Below the pieces are notes generated by a model. That model was not told the origin of the DNA. It saw nothing but the letters and a program-made list of their open reading frames with translations, and searched no databases. A program made the translations under genes and the position numbers. From assembly GCA_942491945.1 (NCBI GenBank), contig CALODD010000035.1:4110-68109 (forward strand): a stretch of 64,000 nt of DNA. The letters are read 5' to 3'. This document shows positions 27,683 through 38,348 of the stretch, in pieces (position 1 is the stretch's first letter; every line of letters starts with the position of its first letter). The stretch is from an uncultured Gammaproteobacteria bacterium. GTDB lineage: Bacteria > Pseudomonadota > Gammaproteobacteria > JAJDYQ01.

Positions 27683-28252
27683 CTAGTCTTTGGCTCGAGA
27701 AACATACTCACCAGTTCGAGTATCGATTTTCAGCACATCCCCAATCTCGATAAACAGTGGAACACGTACTGTTGCGCCGGTTTCCAGAGTTGCTGGCTTC
27801 ACACCACCCTGGGCAGTATCACCGCGCACACCAGGCTCAGTTTCAGAGACGGTCAACGTAACAAAATTCGGTGGCTCTATAGCAATCGGCACACCATCCC
27901 AAAGCAACATTTTGCAAACATCCTGCTCTTTCAGCCACAACGCCTGATCACCTACCGCAGCTTTATCCGCCTGCACCTGCTCATAGGTCGCCTCATCCAT
28001 AAAGTGCCAGTATTCACCATCGTTATATAGATACTGCATGTCAGTATCCATGACATCGGCGGCCTCGACCTTTTCACCGGATTTAAAGGTTTTATCAATC
28101 ACACGACCTGTTTTCAGGTTCTTCACCTTCACACGATTGAAGGCCTGCCCTTTACCTGGCTTGACGAATTCATTCTCAACAATATTGAAGGGGTCACCAT
28201 CCAGCATGATTTTCAGGCCAGATTTGAATTCGTTTGTGCTGTAAGATGCCAT
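27683..28252 (-). CDS. efp: elongation factor P
   Basis: 189 aa, starting [42 protein letters not shown], which includes the modified-Lys loop KPGKGQA. Confidence 0.95.
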   Translation of the reverse strand: MASYSTNEFKSGLKIMLDGDPFNIVENEFVKPGKGQAFNRVKVKNLKTGRVIDKTFKSGEKVEAADVMDTDMQYLYNDGEYWHFMDEATYEQVQADKAAVGDQALWLKEQDVCKMLLWDGVPIAIEPPNFVTLTVSETEPGVRGDTAQGGVKPATLETGATVRVPLFIEIGDVLKIDTRTGEYVSRAKD

Positions 28253-28288
28253 GTTATCCTCTGAGAAAAGAGCCGTTCAAAGCCGCGT

Positions 28289-29290
28289 ATGATACCCCGA
28301 ACTCGCCCTCAAGGCACAGACTGGAAACAATCTCTTCGAGACGCGATCACAACCCCAGACGCACTACTCGACGCAGTTGAATTACCCCGGTCTCGATGGT
28401 TATCGGGTGCGCGTGCCGCAGCAAAGATCTTTCCTCTCAAAGTACCGTTGGGATATATCGAACGTATTGAGAAATCCAACCCCTATGACCCGCTACTGCA
28501 GCAGGTACTACCACTGTCAGATGAACTAGCAACTCCTGAAGGCTATGTTGATGATCCAGTCGGTGATCAACTGGCCACCTGCCAGCCCGGCCTGATCCAT
28601 AAGTACCAAAGCCGTGCTTTACTCATTACAACCGGTGCGTGTGCGATCCACTGTCGATACTGTTTCCGACGACATTTTCCATATAGTGAATCACATAGCG
28701 GTGGCTCCAATACATCAGAGATTCTCCAATATATTGAAGCTCATACTGAGCTTGACGAGGTCATACTCAGCGGTGGTGACCCGCTAATGCTTGACGATGA
28801 AGCACTGGGATCATTACTATCGAGAATCAATGAATATCCACATATCCGCTGGATAAGAATCCATACACGCCTGCCCATCGTGCTACCTGAGAGGATTGAT
28901 GCCCCCTTTCTGGGAACAATAAAACCCTATATCAGCAAACTCGTTCTGATCATTCATAGCAATCACGCCAATGAAATCGATGATCATGTTGCCGATGCTC
29001 TGAATGACTTATACATGTCGGGTGCAAGACTATTAAATCAGGCTGTGCTGCTGAAAGGCGTGAATAATGATGCACAAACGTTGTCTGATTTATCACATCT
29101 ACTATTTCAGCATCGCGTACAACCCTACTACCTCCACCTACTTGATCGTGTAACTGGGGCTGCCCATTTCGATATCAATGAAAACACGGCTAAATCCATC
29201 TATCAGGAGATGCAAAGCATACTCCCTGGCTACCTGTTACCTCGGCTGGTTCGAGAAATACAGGGGCAACCATCGAAGACCCTGATTTAG
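28289..29290 (+). CDS. epmB: EF-P beta-lysylation protein EpmB (lysine 2,3-aminomutase-like radical SAM)
   Basis: Contains the CAIHCRYCFRR radical-SAM motif. Divergent from efp. Confidence 0.85.
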   Translation: MIPRTRPQGTDWKQSLRDAITTPDALLDAVELPRSRWLSGARAAAKIFPLKVPLGYIERIEKSNPYDPLLQQVLPLSDELATPEGYVDDPVGDQLATCQPGLIHKYQSRALLITTGACAIHCRYCFRRHFPYSESHSGGSNTSEILQYIEAHTELDEVILSGGDPLMLDDEALGSLLSRINEYPHIRWIRIHTRLPIVLPERIDAPFLGTIKPYISKLVLIIHSNHANEIDDHVADALNDLYMSGARLLNQAVLLKGVNNDAQTLSDLSHLLFQHRVQPYYLHLLDRVTGAAHFDINENTAKSIYQEMQSILPGYLLPRLVREIQGQPSKTLI

Positions 29291-29411
29291 ATTATTCCAC
29301 AGGCCTTGCCGCCAATAGCAAAACGTTAGAGAATGTGTCTCGGATCACAGATAATTATAAGAATATCAATACACTGTAGCCATTCAATAGATATTTCATT
29401 AAAACAGGGAA

Positions 29412-31526
29412 TTGTTGTTGGAGAGAGACGACACAATCAATATCGCGGTCTACGAGAGTATGCCCGACGAAGCGGAGTTCATTGCAACTGAATTACGCAA
29501 TGCCGGTCATGCCGTTAAGCCTCTGTCGTTTAAAAATAGTGATGACCTTAAAGCTATCTTATCGAATAACCGCGTCGACCTGATCTATTGCACAACAGAA
29601 GATAAGGAACTCGGCAGCGCCTGTCGAATTGCCGACAAACACAAAGATCATATCCCCGTCATTGCAATATCCTCAGATACAGATACCGCTGCCGTGATTC
29701 ATGCCATGGAAAACGGCGCCCGCGACCTGGTCAGTCGAAATCAACCCGCGCATCTACGCATGGTGACCGAGCGCGAGCTTAAAGGCATTAAGCACTGCAA
29801 AGGTATGTATGAATTTAAACAGGCTTATCAGGAAAGCGAAAAACGCTGCCGTAGTCTGCTCGATAGCTCACGTGACGCCATTGCTTATATTCATGACGGC
29901 ATGCACATCTATTCAAATAACGTGTATGTCGAGAAATTTGGTTTTGAAGACAGCGATGACCTGGAAGGCTTACCAATTCTCGATCTGGTTGCCATTGATG
30001 AGCACCCGAGATTTAAAGAATTTCTGACAAACTACGGCAAACAGGCCGGTGAAGAAAACGTCGACATCCGTTGTGAACGTGATGACGGTACTGAATTCGA
30101 AGCCGCCATGGAATTCTCCCCTGCCAGTATCGATGGCGAAGCCTGTACACAGGTCATTATCCGCGAGCAAAGTGTGAGCCAGGAAGTTATCAATGAACTG
30201 GAGATACTGAAATCTCAGGATAGTGTGACCGGTCTTTATAACCGTCAGGCATTTATCGAAGAGGTTGAGCAGGCCATTACCGATGTACAGAACGGTAACC
30301 GTCCAGGCGTCATTTTATATATTGAAGTCGATAAATTTGATGCTGTTAAAAGCACCATGGGTCTGGAAAATATCGATAACTGTATTGCAACCATCGGTAA
30401 GCTCATCGCAAGCAAGTTAAAAGATGATGATTTTGGCGCACGGTTTGGTGAGCACACATTCACTATTCTGGTCAGAGAAGGCGATGTACGGAAAATTGGT
30501 GCGAAATCCAAGGCGCTCGTCAAATCACTCAATACCATTGTTGAAGCCAAAGACCTTTCGATGCAGGTAACGTCTAGCCTGGGACTCGCCTCAATTCGTA
30601 GCACTACTCGAACACCCTACGAGATCATCGCCTGCGCAGATATGGCCTGCAACATCGCTAAAGAACGTGGTGGCAATAGTATTGAAGCCTATAAGAGCCC
30701 TGAAAAAGAAGCAGAGAAGAAGAAAACACAGGATGACCTTCGCTGGGTTAACCTGCTAAAAAATGCCTTAGAAAACAATCTGTTAAAACTCGCCTTCCAG
30801 CCAGTTGTTGGACTTAAAGATGAGAGTGACCAGATCTATGAGGTTCTGCTACGCCTGACTGATGAAGATGGTACAGAAATCCTGCCGGGTGAATTTCTTC
30901 CTGCAGCGGAGAAAACCGGCATGATCAATCTGATTGATCGCTGGGTCATTGGGCGTGCGCTGCATATGCTAGCTGAAAAGCAACGAGAAGGTGACAATAC
31001 CAACCTGTTCGTCAAACTATCAGGTTCAGCTTATACCGATGAAGGCCTGCTCCCCTGGTTATATGAACGCAGCAAAGCCTCTAAAATCGATACCAATCGC
31101 CTTATTTTTGAGGTTGCTGAATCTGATGCAACCGGCCATATCAGTAAAGTAGCGCAGTTCTGTCGTACCCTGAAGAAGATGCGTTGCCGCACCCTGGTTA
31201 GTCAATTTGGTATGGCAGATGAACCCACCAAGCTATTCAAAGCCGTACCAATCGACTTCGTGAAAATACACCCCGGCCTGACGGGCCAGATTGCTAGTGA
31301 TCCCTCGATGATGCAGGCGGTACGAGAACTGGTAAATGAAGCCCATGAGGCCGAAAAAGAGGTTATCGCTCCACATGTCGAAAGCGCTGACAGCATGGCA
31401 CAACTATTTACCTGCGGCTTCGACTTTATTCAAGGCAACTTCCTGCAAGAACCTGATATCGTCATGCAGTTTGACTTCTCAGAAAATGAAGCCTCCATGC
31501 ACCGCTCACAAGCAGCGATGGAATAA
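29412..31526 (+). CDS. FimX-like REC-PAS-GGDEF-EAL protein with degenerate catalytic motifs
   Basis: The GGDEF position reads RFGEHTF. The EAL position reads YEVLLRL (EVL), and DDFG is replaced by SQFGMADEP. The N-terminus is receiver-like. The start is a TTG at 29412, which is uncertain. Confidence 0.7.
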   Translation: MLLERDDTINIAVYESMPDEAEFIATELRNAGHAVKPLSFKNSDDLKAILSNNRVDLIYCTTEDKELGSACRIADKHKDHIPVIAISSDTDTAAVIHAMENGARDLVSRNQPAHLRMVTERELKGIKHCKGMYEFKQAYQESEKRCRSLLDSSRDAIAYIHDGMHIYSNNVYVEKFGFEDSDDLEGLPILDLVAIDEHPRFKEFLTNYGKQAGEENVDIRCERDDGTEFEAAMEFSPASIDGEACTQVIIREQSVSQEVINELEILKSQDSVTGLYNRQAFIEEVEQAITDVQNGNRPGVILYIEVDKFDAVKSTMGLENIDNCIATIGKLIASKLKDDDFGARFGEHTFTILVREGDVRKIGAKSKALVKSLNTIVEAKDLSMQVTSSLGLASIRSTTRTPYEIIACADMACNIAKERGGNSIEAYKSPEKEAEKKKTQDDLRWVNLLKNALENNLLKLAFQPVVGLKDESDQIYEVLLRLTDEDGTEILPGEFLPAAEKTGMINLIDRWVIGRALHMLAEKQREGDNTNLFVKLSGSAYTDEGLLPWLYERSKASKIDTNRLIFEVAESDATGHISKVAQFCRTLKKMRCRTLVSQFGMADEPTKLFKAVPIDFVKIHPGLTGQIASDPSMMQAVRELVNEAHEAEKEVIAPHVESADSMAQLFTCGFDFIQGNFLQEPDIVMQFDFSENEASMHRSQAAME

Positions 31527-31531
31527 CATAA

Positions 31532-32764
31532 TTAGTCGAGTACTTTAGACACCATGCCGTCGGCGAGCTTAGGCTCAAACCAGGTCGATTTAGGCGGCAT
31601 CACCTGATCATCATCCGCAACGGCCATTAAATCCGCGATGCTGGTCGGATATAGAGAAAACGCGATGGCCATGTCACCACTATCGACACGCTTTTCCAGT
31701 TCACCCAGACCACGGATACCACCAACAAAATCAATACGATCATCAGTACGTGGATCAGAGATCCCGAGTAATGGCTCAATGAGGTTATCTGCCAGCAAGC
31801 TCACATCCAGGCGTTTAACCGGATCAGAAGGAATCAGATCCGCATTAACCTTGAGCGCATACCACTGACCATTAACATACATACCGAACTCGCCTGGAGC
31901 AGCCGGCTTGAACTGGCTGTCAACGGCTTCACAACTGAATGCGGAACCGGATTTTTCGATTAACTCATGTACACTCAAACCATTCAGGTCTTTTATCACG
32001 CGATTGTAATCCAGGATTTTCATCTGATGATCAGGGAAGATCACCGTCAGGAAATACTCATGACTCGCTTCAGGGTCGTTATTAGTTTCACGTCGCATCG
32101 CAGCAACACGAGAAGCCGCTGCAGAACGATGATGACCATCAGCGACATAGATCACACCCATCTTGTCGAACTCGGATGTCAGCGTACTAATAGTGTCATC
32201 GTCATCAATAACCCATAGCTCATGGCGTACGCCATCCGCTAAAGTCACATCAACCTCGGCATTACCCTGCTCTGCCGCTTTCAGAATCCCATCGACAACA
32301 TCCTGACCTTTGTAAGTCAGAAAAACAGGACCTGTCTGCGCATTCAAAGCGTCGACCTGACGAACACGATCATCCTCTTTCTTCGGGCGGGTATACTCAT
32401 GCTTACGCACATCGTTTCGGTCATACGCTGCAACAGAAGCACCAGCCACCAAACCCGTCTGCGTATGTTCACCCATGGTAATACGGTAGGCGTAGTAACA
32501 ATCCTTCGGATCACGTGCGAGCACACCGTCATTAATCATGCGCTGAAAGTTCTCTGCACCTTTCGCATAAACCGACGGATCATACGGGTCAGTTTCGGGC
32601 GGCAGGTCGATCTCAGGCTTGGAAATATGCAGGAAACGATTCGGCTCATGACCGGCCAGTTCGCGGGCCTCTTCAGTATTTAGAACGTCATAGGGAGGAG
32701 CCAGTACTTCAGCGGCTTTTCCAGGGGCTGGGCGTAGACCTGCAAATGGAGCAATTAGAGACAT
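31532..32764 (-). CDS. DUF1015-family protein
   Basis: 410 aa. The N-terminus MSLIAPFAGLRPAPGKAAEVLAPPYDVLNTEEAREL is typical of DUF1015. Confidence 0.75.
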   Translation of the reverse strand: MSLIAPFAGLRPAPGKAAEVLAPPYDVLNTEEARELAGHEPNRFLHISKPEIDLPPETDPYDPSVYAKGAENFQRMINDGVLARDPKDCYYAYRITMGEHTQTGLVAGASVAAYDRNDVRKHEYTRPKKEDDRVRQVDALNAQTGPVFLTYKGQDVVDGILKAAEQGNAEVDVTLADGVRHELWVIDDDDTISTLTSEFDKMGVIYVADGHHRSAAASRVAAMRRETNNDPEASHEYFLTVIFPDHQMKILDYNRVIKDLNGLSVHELIEKSGSAFSCEAVDSQFKPAAPGEFGMYVNGQWYALKVNADLIPSDPVKRLDVSLLADNLIEPLLGISDPRTDDRIDFVGGIRGLGELEKRVDSGDMAIAFSLYPTSIADLMAVADDDQVMPPKSTWFEPKLADGMVSKVLD

Positions 32765-32899
32765 TTTGATTCCTACCTAGATTCGAATGCGGCGCATTCT
32801 AACGGGGATGGGGGATGAATTCATTAGCCAATGTTATTTATTGGCATTCGACTTACTCGTCATTCCGGCGTGCTACTCAGTCAAGCTGAGCACAGGCTT

Positions 32900-33117
32900 T
32901 GGCCGGAATCTGTCTCACCTGTCATTCCCGAATGATCTTATCGGGAATCCATATTTTGGTGTAGGAAGGTTTCGCGCTTGATCGTCTACAGTTTTTCTTA
33001 AATTTACTGCACGAGCGCAAGCCCTTTTTGTTTCGGCAAAAAGGGCGAAAAACCATTTGCTCCAGATACGCTGGCCTGCGGCCAATGTCATTGACTTAAG
33101 CCGTAAGTGATTGAAAG
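32900..33117. repeat. left long terminal inverted repeat (contains hairpins)
   Basis: Includes ATTCCCGAATGATCTTATCGGGAAT and GCCCTTTTTG-TTTCGG-CAAAAAGGGC hairpins. It is mirrored on the right side of the element. Confidence 0.65.
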
Positions 33118-33232
33118 TAGGTGTTATAATCAGTCCAATGACAAACTAACAGGCTTTAAAACATGACCCGAGAAGACCTCATTTAAAACCATCTATGCCC
33201 GCATAAATGAAACCATAGAATCTACTGCGTTT

Positions 33233-34468
33233 TTGCAAAAGCACCGCCAAAGCTCAACGCACTTTACTCGCCAACGCGAGCTAACCTTTCCGACGCTGAT
33301 TCGCTTTTTCCTGAACCTGATTAAAGGCTCATTACAAAGCGAACTCAATCACTTCTTTGAAATCGCACAGTCAAAACGCACGCCACTGATGCGTGTCACG
33401 GCATCAGCCTTTTGTCGGGCCAGAAAGAAGTTAAGCCCGCAGGTGTTTATTGATCTGAACCATCAGGCCGTCGATGAGTTTTATCATCATGCTGATATTG
33501 AAACATGGAACGACTTTCGCGTACTGGCCATTGATGGCAGTAAATATCACGTTCCATCCAATGCGCAAACGGCGCAGACATTCGGTAGCCAATTCAATCA
33601 ATATGCGACAACCGTACCCATGGCACGTGGCTCTTGTTTATATGATGTGTTTCAGGGCATCGTACTCGATGCACAGATCACCGCATGCGATGCCAGTGAA
33701 CGTGAACTAGCGTATCAACATCTGGGCCATACCGGTTCGAATGATTTAATGCTCTATGATCGAGGCTATCCTGCCTTCTGGTTGTTTGCCGCTCACCGGG
33801 CATTACAACGGGATTATTGTATGCGGGTCACGACGTCATTTAATCTTGATGTCCAAGCCTTTGTCGCCTCATCAAAGAAACAAGCCATCATCCACATCAA
33901 ACCCAATGCTGTCAGTATCCGAAGATGTCGGGAGAAAGGCTTATCAATAGAGCCGATTAAAGTCCGGCTCGTTCGAGTGAAAACGCAACGCGGCGAATAT
34001 GTCTTAATGACAAGTTTGTTGGATAAACAACGCTATCCCGTAAAATGCTTCAAGACGTTATATCACCTGAGATGGCAGATTGAGGAAAGCTACAAACAGC
34101 AGAAAAACTGGCTTGAAATTGAAAACTTCTCGGGTAAATCCGTCTTGAGCATTCAGCAGGACTTTCATGCCAAAATGCTGTGTCTGTCACTGACGGCGAT
34201 GAGTTTATTTGCTGCTCAGGAGAAGATAAAGTCGTCGGTGGCTGAGCGTTATTATGCGTACAAGATCAATTTCTCTGCGGCGTTATCCAGCATGAAAGAT
34301 ACGATCGTTCATCTGCTTTCCAAGGGGTTAGACGAGTTCGAATGGCATCGCTGGTTGACGGTATTAAGTCGATGTTTAATTCCTATCAGGCCTAAACGTT
34401 CTTTCCCTCGTAAGGCCTCCCCGCGACCTCGACGTACCTTTCGTTCTTCCTATCGGAGAGCTTTGTGA
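33233..34468 (+). CDS. IS4-family DDE transposase
   Basis: 411 aa with LAIDGS, LMLYDRGYPAFWLF and YHLRWQIEESYKQQKNWLEIENF (Y-R-E-K) motifs. The ORF opens at a TTG. An ATG at 33163 (MTREDLI-stop) lies in another frame, so the 5' end may carry a 1-nt lesion. Confidence 0.8.
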   Translation: MQKHRQSSTHFTRQRELTFPTLIRFFLNLIKGSLQSELNHFFEIAQSKRTPLMRVTASAFCRARKKLSPQVFIDLNHQAVDEFYHHADIETWNDFRVLAIDGSKYHVPSNAQTAQTFGSQFNQYATTVPMARGSCLYDVFQGIVLDAQITACDASERELAYQHLGHTGSNDLMLYDRGYPAFWLFAAHRALQRDYCMRVTTSFNLDVQAFVASSKKQAIIHIKPNAVSIRRCREKGLSIEPIKVRLVRVKTQRGEYVLMTSLLDKQRYPVKCFKTLYHLRWQIEESYKQQKNWLEIENFSGKSVLSIQQDFHAKMLCLSLTAMSLFAAQEKIKSSVAERYYAYKINFSAALSSMKDTIVHLLSKGLDEFEWHRWLTVLSRCLIPIRPKRSFPRKASPRPRRTFRSSYRRAL

Positions 34469-34526
34469 TTTCAAGCACTTAGGGCTTAAGTCAATGACAT
34501 TGCCCGTAGGGCAGCGTATTGGGAGC

Positions 34527-35840
34527 TGTACGGGTCAAGTACATAGGTAACAAAAGAGTCCAGATACATAGGTTACACTTTTAATGTCCAGTAAGGTGTA
34601 TTCCCACCTTTTTTATCGCGTAAGTTATAGCCCCCTAATCGGACGGAACCAAAATAAACTTCCCATATTCCATCATCTATCTCATCAAAGCCAACATATT
34701 CACCTCGAAGTAATTTCGCGATATAAACCTGTCCCGTATGGGCATAGACCACGCCGCTGTGACAGACTGGTCTGACTACAAAATAATCTGGATACTGTAT
34801 TTCAGGTAGCTTGCTCGGATATTCTCTGGGCGATGGTTGGTAATGCATGGCAGGTGGTGTTTGATCTAATGCCTCATGTGGACGTTCATGGTTGTATGCC
34901 TCACGAAAGATATCAAAGCGTTTTTGTTGTGCGGTAAAAGTCTTCGCTGCGGGGCTGACGGTTTCACTGTTTAACATTGATGCATCCGCTCATGACGGCC
35001 ATTTTGCTGCGGCCTGCCAGGCTGAATACGCTCAGGTATGATACCTAAACGTATCCACCAGATGGATAAACTGGATAGTCCGCCTGCTGAACGAGTCGCA
35101 AAGGGGACTCCGTTGTCGGAACGAATACGTCGAGGCAATCCATAGTGTTTGAAGAGCCGGGTAAAGCACTGGCGGGCCATCTGAGTCGCTGTTCCGGATA
35201 CACCTTTACAACCCAGTAGGTAACGGGAATGGTGATCCATCACCGTCAGTGGGTAACACCATTGGCCTTTACCAAGTTTAATCTGTCCTTTGTAGTCAGC
35301 GCTCCAGACCTCGTTGGGCTTATCCACGGGATCAAAAGGCTGTGGATAGGGGCTGACTTTACGGCGAGGCTTTTGTTGATGCACCAGTCCTTCAGCATTG
35401 AGTATGTTGTAGATTGTTGTCTTTGAAGGCAGTGTTTGGTTGGGGAAGCGTTGTTGCAGTAATGCTCTGATCTTTTTAGCCCCCAGTGTGATGCGACTTT
35501 TAGTCCGTAACTCAATAATTGCTTTACGAATCGTATAGGGCGTACTCAGCGGGCTTTGATGTGGCTTACGGCTTCGCTCTTCCAGCCCAGATAGTTCATT
35601 GTGTTGGTAACGTTCCAGCCATTTGTAGCCTGTCTTACGACTAATACCATAACGCTGGCATAACGCCGTGTGCGTATACCCACCTCGTAGATGGTCAGCA
35701 ATGAATAGTATCTTCTGTTCCATAGATTTTATCTCTTGCCAGGGCATTGGAAGCACCTCCATTATTCAGTGCTTCCAGCATAGGTAATCTGTTACCTATG
35801 TACCTGGACTGAGTTGTTACCTATGTCTATAGACCATACA
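34527..35840 (-). mobile_element. IS481-family insertion sequence nested in the right arm of the IS4-type element
   Basis: The imperfect ~50-bp terminal inverted repeats start TGTA...ACATAGGTAACAA..AGTCCAG.TACATAGGT. The element is flanked by a 4-bp direct repeat GAGC (34523..34526 and 35841..35844). Confidence 0.7.
34573..35762 (-). pseudogene. IS481-family transposase (integrase core), frameshifted
   Basis: Two ORFs, 34971..35762 (...GRPQQNGRHERMHQC-stop) and 34573..34977 (LNSETVSPAAKTFTAQQKRFDIFREAYNHERPHEAL...), together make one rve-type transposase. The frame changes at about 34975 in TGTTAAAC. Confidence 0.75.
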
Positions 35841-36003
35841 GAGCAATGGTTTTTGGTTCGTTTTTGCCGAAACAAAAAGGGCTCGCGCTCGTGTAACAAT
35901 TCAAGAAAAAGAACAAACGATCAAGCGCGAAACCTTTCATGCCAATACAGACAAATTCCCGCTAAAGGCACGCGGGAATAACAGGTGAGATAGATACCGA
36001 CAT
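35841..36003. repeat. outer part of the right long terminal inverted repeat
   Basis: Its reverse complement aligns with 32900..33061, for example GGTTTCGCGCTTGATCGT, CACGAGCGC.AGCCCTTTTTGTTTCGGCAAAAA and AAAAACCATT.GCTC. It ends about 18 nt from the parC stop. Confidence 0.65.
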
Positions 36004-36022
36004 CCGCCGGCATCACAAAACC

Positions 36023-38302
36023 CTAACTCTTCCTCTCAACCTCAACTCGATCAACCGCCTGATACCCACGTGGTAACTTCCACCCACGTCGCCCACGCTC
36101 AGCAACATACTCATCAACTTCAGGGCCTTTCATAGTCTTATGTTTTTTACCGGCGTAAACCGTTACCTTTTCACCATCCTGCACCAGCTCGATGGCTTTG
36201 ACATGTTCTTCACGTGTCTTGAATTTTGCCGTTGGAATATTGATAATTTTATTGCCTTTACCTTTTGACATCACTGGTAATTCAGTTAGCGAAGTCACTA
36301 GCATATAGCCCTGTTTAGTTAACGATACAATCCAGTCGTCGTCCAAGCTTCTAACATGAACGGGTGGCAAGACTTTAGCGCCTTTAGGAACGCTTAATAC
36401 AATCTTGCCTTTTTTGTTACGTGTCACCATATCTTCGAGCTTACAGGCAAAGCCGTAGCCACCATCGGTACTTAATAGATAGTAGTCATCCGGCTTACCC
36501 ATCATGACGCCGACAAACGTGGCTCCATCGGGCGCGGTTACTCGACCAGAAAGTGGTTCGCCTTGCCCTCTCGCTGAAGGGAGATTGTGTGTCGCTATGT
36601 TATATACGCGCCCGGTTGAATCGAGGAAGATCGCCATCTGGTTGCTTTTGCCTTTTGCCGATCCCTGATAGTCATCTCCGGCTTTATAGTTCAGAGTTGT
36701 TGCATCGACTTCATGCCCTTTAGCTGCTCTTACCCAGCCTTTCTGTGAGAGTACAACTGTAATGGATTCAGATGGCATGAGTTCGGTTTCATCTAATGCC
36801 TGTGCGGCCTGACGCTCTACGATCTGAGAACGACGTTCGTCACCGTACAACTCAGCATCAGCCAACAATTCTTTCTTAATAAGTGTTTTTAAACGGGCTG
36901 ATGAACCTAATGTCTTTTGTAAATAATCCTGTTCTTCATGCAATTCTTCCTGCTCTTGTTTGATTTTCATCTCTTCCAGTCGCGCCAGCTGTCGTAACTT
37001 GGTATCGAGTATGTAATCGGCCTGTATTTCACTTAATGAAAAACGTTTCATTAAGACCGGCTTGGGTTCATCTTCTGTCCGCACAATGCGAATGACTTCA
37101 TCGATATTTAGAAAGGCAATTAATAAACCGTCTAAGAGGTGCAGTCGCTTTTGTACTTTCTCTAATCGCCATTGCAAACGACGGCGCACTGTCATAGTCC
37201 TGAAGACCAGCCACTCTTTCAGTACTGTCTTCAAATCCATGACCTCTGGACGGCCATGGTTGTTAATGACATTCATGTTTACACGATAGTTTCGTTCGAG
37301 ATCTGTCGTCGCAAATAAATGCGCCATCAGTTGTTCGGTATCAACGCGGTTGGAACGCGGTACCACAACCAGGCGTATTGGGTTTTCATGATCCGATTCA
37401 TCGCGAAGGTCTTCAACCAATGGTAGTTTTTTAGCGTTCATCTGCTGAGCAATCTGCTCTAAAATTTTTGCGCCAGATACCTGATACGGTAAGGCGGTAA
37501 TAACGATTTCGCCGTTCTCCTTTTCATAGCAGGCACGCATTTTGATTGCCCCGTGACCAGTACGATACATATCCAGTATCTCTGCGCGCGGCGTAATGAT
37601 CTCACCTCGTGTTGGATAGTCCGGGCCCTGAATATGCTCACAGAGTTCTTCGGTTGTCGTTTTAGGCGCTTCCAGTAAACGAATAGCGGCGGTAACCACT
37701 TCATTGAGATTATGTGGCGGGATATCGGTCGACATACCAACGGCAATACCTGTCGCGCCATTTAAAAGTACATTCGGTAATCGAGCAGGCAGTAATACCG
37801 GCTCATCCATAGTGCCATCAAAATTCGGCTGCCAGTCGACAGTCCCCTGCCCCAGTTCCTGTAATAGTGACTTCGCATAGGGGGAAAGCTTTGCTTCGGT
37901 GTAGCGCATAGCAGCAAATGACTTGGGATCATCCTGCGACCCCCAGTTACCCTGCCCCTCGACAAGTTTGTAACGGAAGGAAAAATCCTGCGCCATATGT
38001 ACCATGGCTTCATAACAGGCGGAATCTCCGTGCGGATGGAATTTACCGATAACATCACCAATGGTTCGAGCAGATTTTTTAGGCTTTGAAGTCGCGCTTA
38101 AGCCAAGCTCTGACATAGCGTAGACAATCCGACGCTGTACAGGCTTCAGGCCATCACCTATTGCCGGTAATGCCCGGTCCAGAATGACGTACATGGAATA
38201 ATCAAGATACGCCTTTTCGGTAAATTCACTTAAGGGGCGCTGTTCCAGCCCTTCGAAATCCATTTCCTGCATTGTTCTTTTCACCCTTGAGTTTTCGCTC
38301 AA
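36023..38302 (-). CDS. parC: DNA topoisomerase IV subunit A
   Basis: 759 aa with the GyrA/ParC N-terminal domain (AMRYTE active-site Tyr context). It lacks a GyrA box. parE lies nearby. Confidence 0.9.
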   Translation of the reverse strand: MSENSRVKRTMQEMDFEGLEQRPLSEFTEKAYLDYSMYVILDRALPAIGDGLKPVQRRIVYAMSELGLSATSKPKKSARTIGDVIGKFHPHGDSACYEAMVHMAQDFSFRYKLVEGQGNWGSQDDPKSFAAMRYTEAKLSPYAKSLLQELGQGTVDWQPNFDGTMDEPVLLPARLPNVLLNGATGIAVGMSTDIPPHNLNEVVTAAIRLLEAPKTTTEELCEHIQGPDYPTRGEIITPRAEILDMYRTGHGAIKMRACYEKENGEIVITALPYQVSGAKILEQIAQQMNAKKLPLVEDLRDESDHENPIRLVVVPRSNRVDTEQLMAHLFATTDLERNYRVNMNVINNHGRPEVMDLKTVLKEWLVFRTMTVRRRLQWRLEKVQKRLHLLDGLLIAFLNIDEVIRIVRTEDEPKPVLMKRFSLSEIQADYILDTKLRQLARLEEMKIKQEQEELHEEQDYLQKTLGSSARLKTLIKKELLADAELYGDERRSQIVERQAAQALDETELMPSESITVVLSQKGWVRAAKGHEVDATTLNYKAGDDYQGSAKGKSNQMAIFLDSTGRVYNIATHNLPSARGQGEPLSGRVTAPDGATFVGVMMGKPDDYYLLSTDGGYGFACKLEDMVTRNKKGKIVLSVPKGAKVLPPVHVRSLDDDWIVSLTKQGYMLVTSLTELPVMSKGKGNKIINIPTAKFKTREEHVKAIELVQDGEKVTVYAGKKHKTMKGPEVDEYVAERGRRGWKLPRGYQAVDRVEVERKS

Positions 38303-38348
38303 ATCTTCATGCTATGATCTCTCGCAGAGGTATCATAACGCAAGCAAT

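Larger units (their letters stand above)
32900..36003. mobile_element. IS4-family element with ~200-bp terminal inverted repeats, carrying a nested IS481-family insertion
   Basis: Left arm 32900..33117 aligns continuously with the reverse complement of 34468..34526 plus 35845..36003. A by-eye alignment runs without a break through the conventional IS end CAATGTCATTGACTTAAGCC. The outer boundary is approximate. Confidence 0.65.

Noticed and set aside
32787-32981. A 64-aa ORF in the DUF1015-parC intergenic region
   Set aside because: It is composed of REP-like hairpin repeats. Translations of this kind are a known artefact of such repeats.
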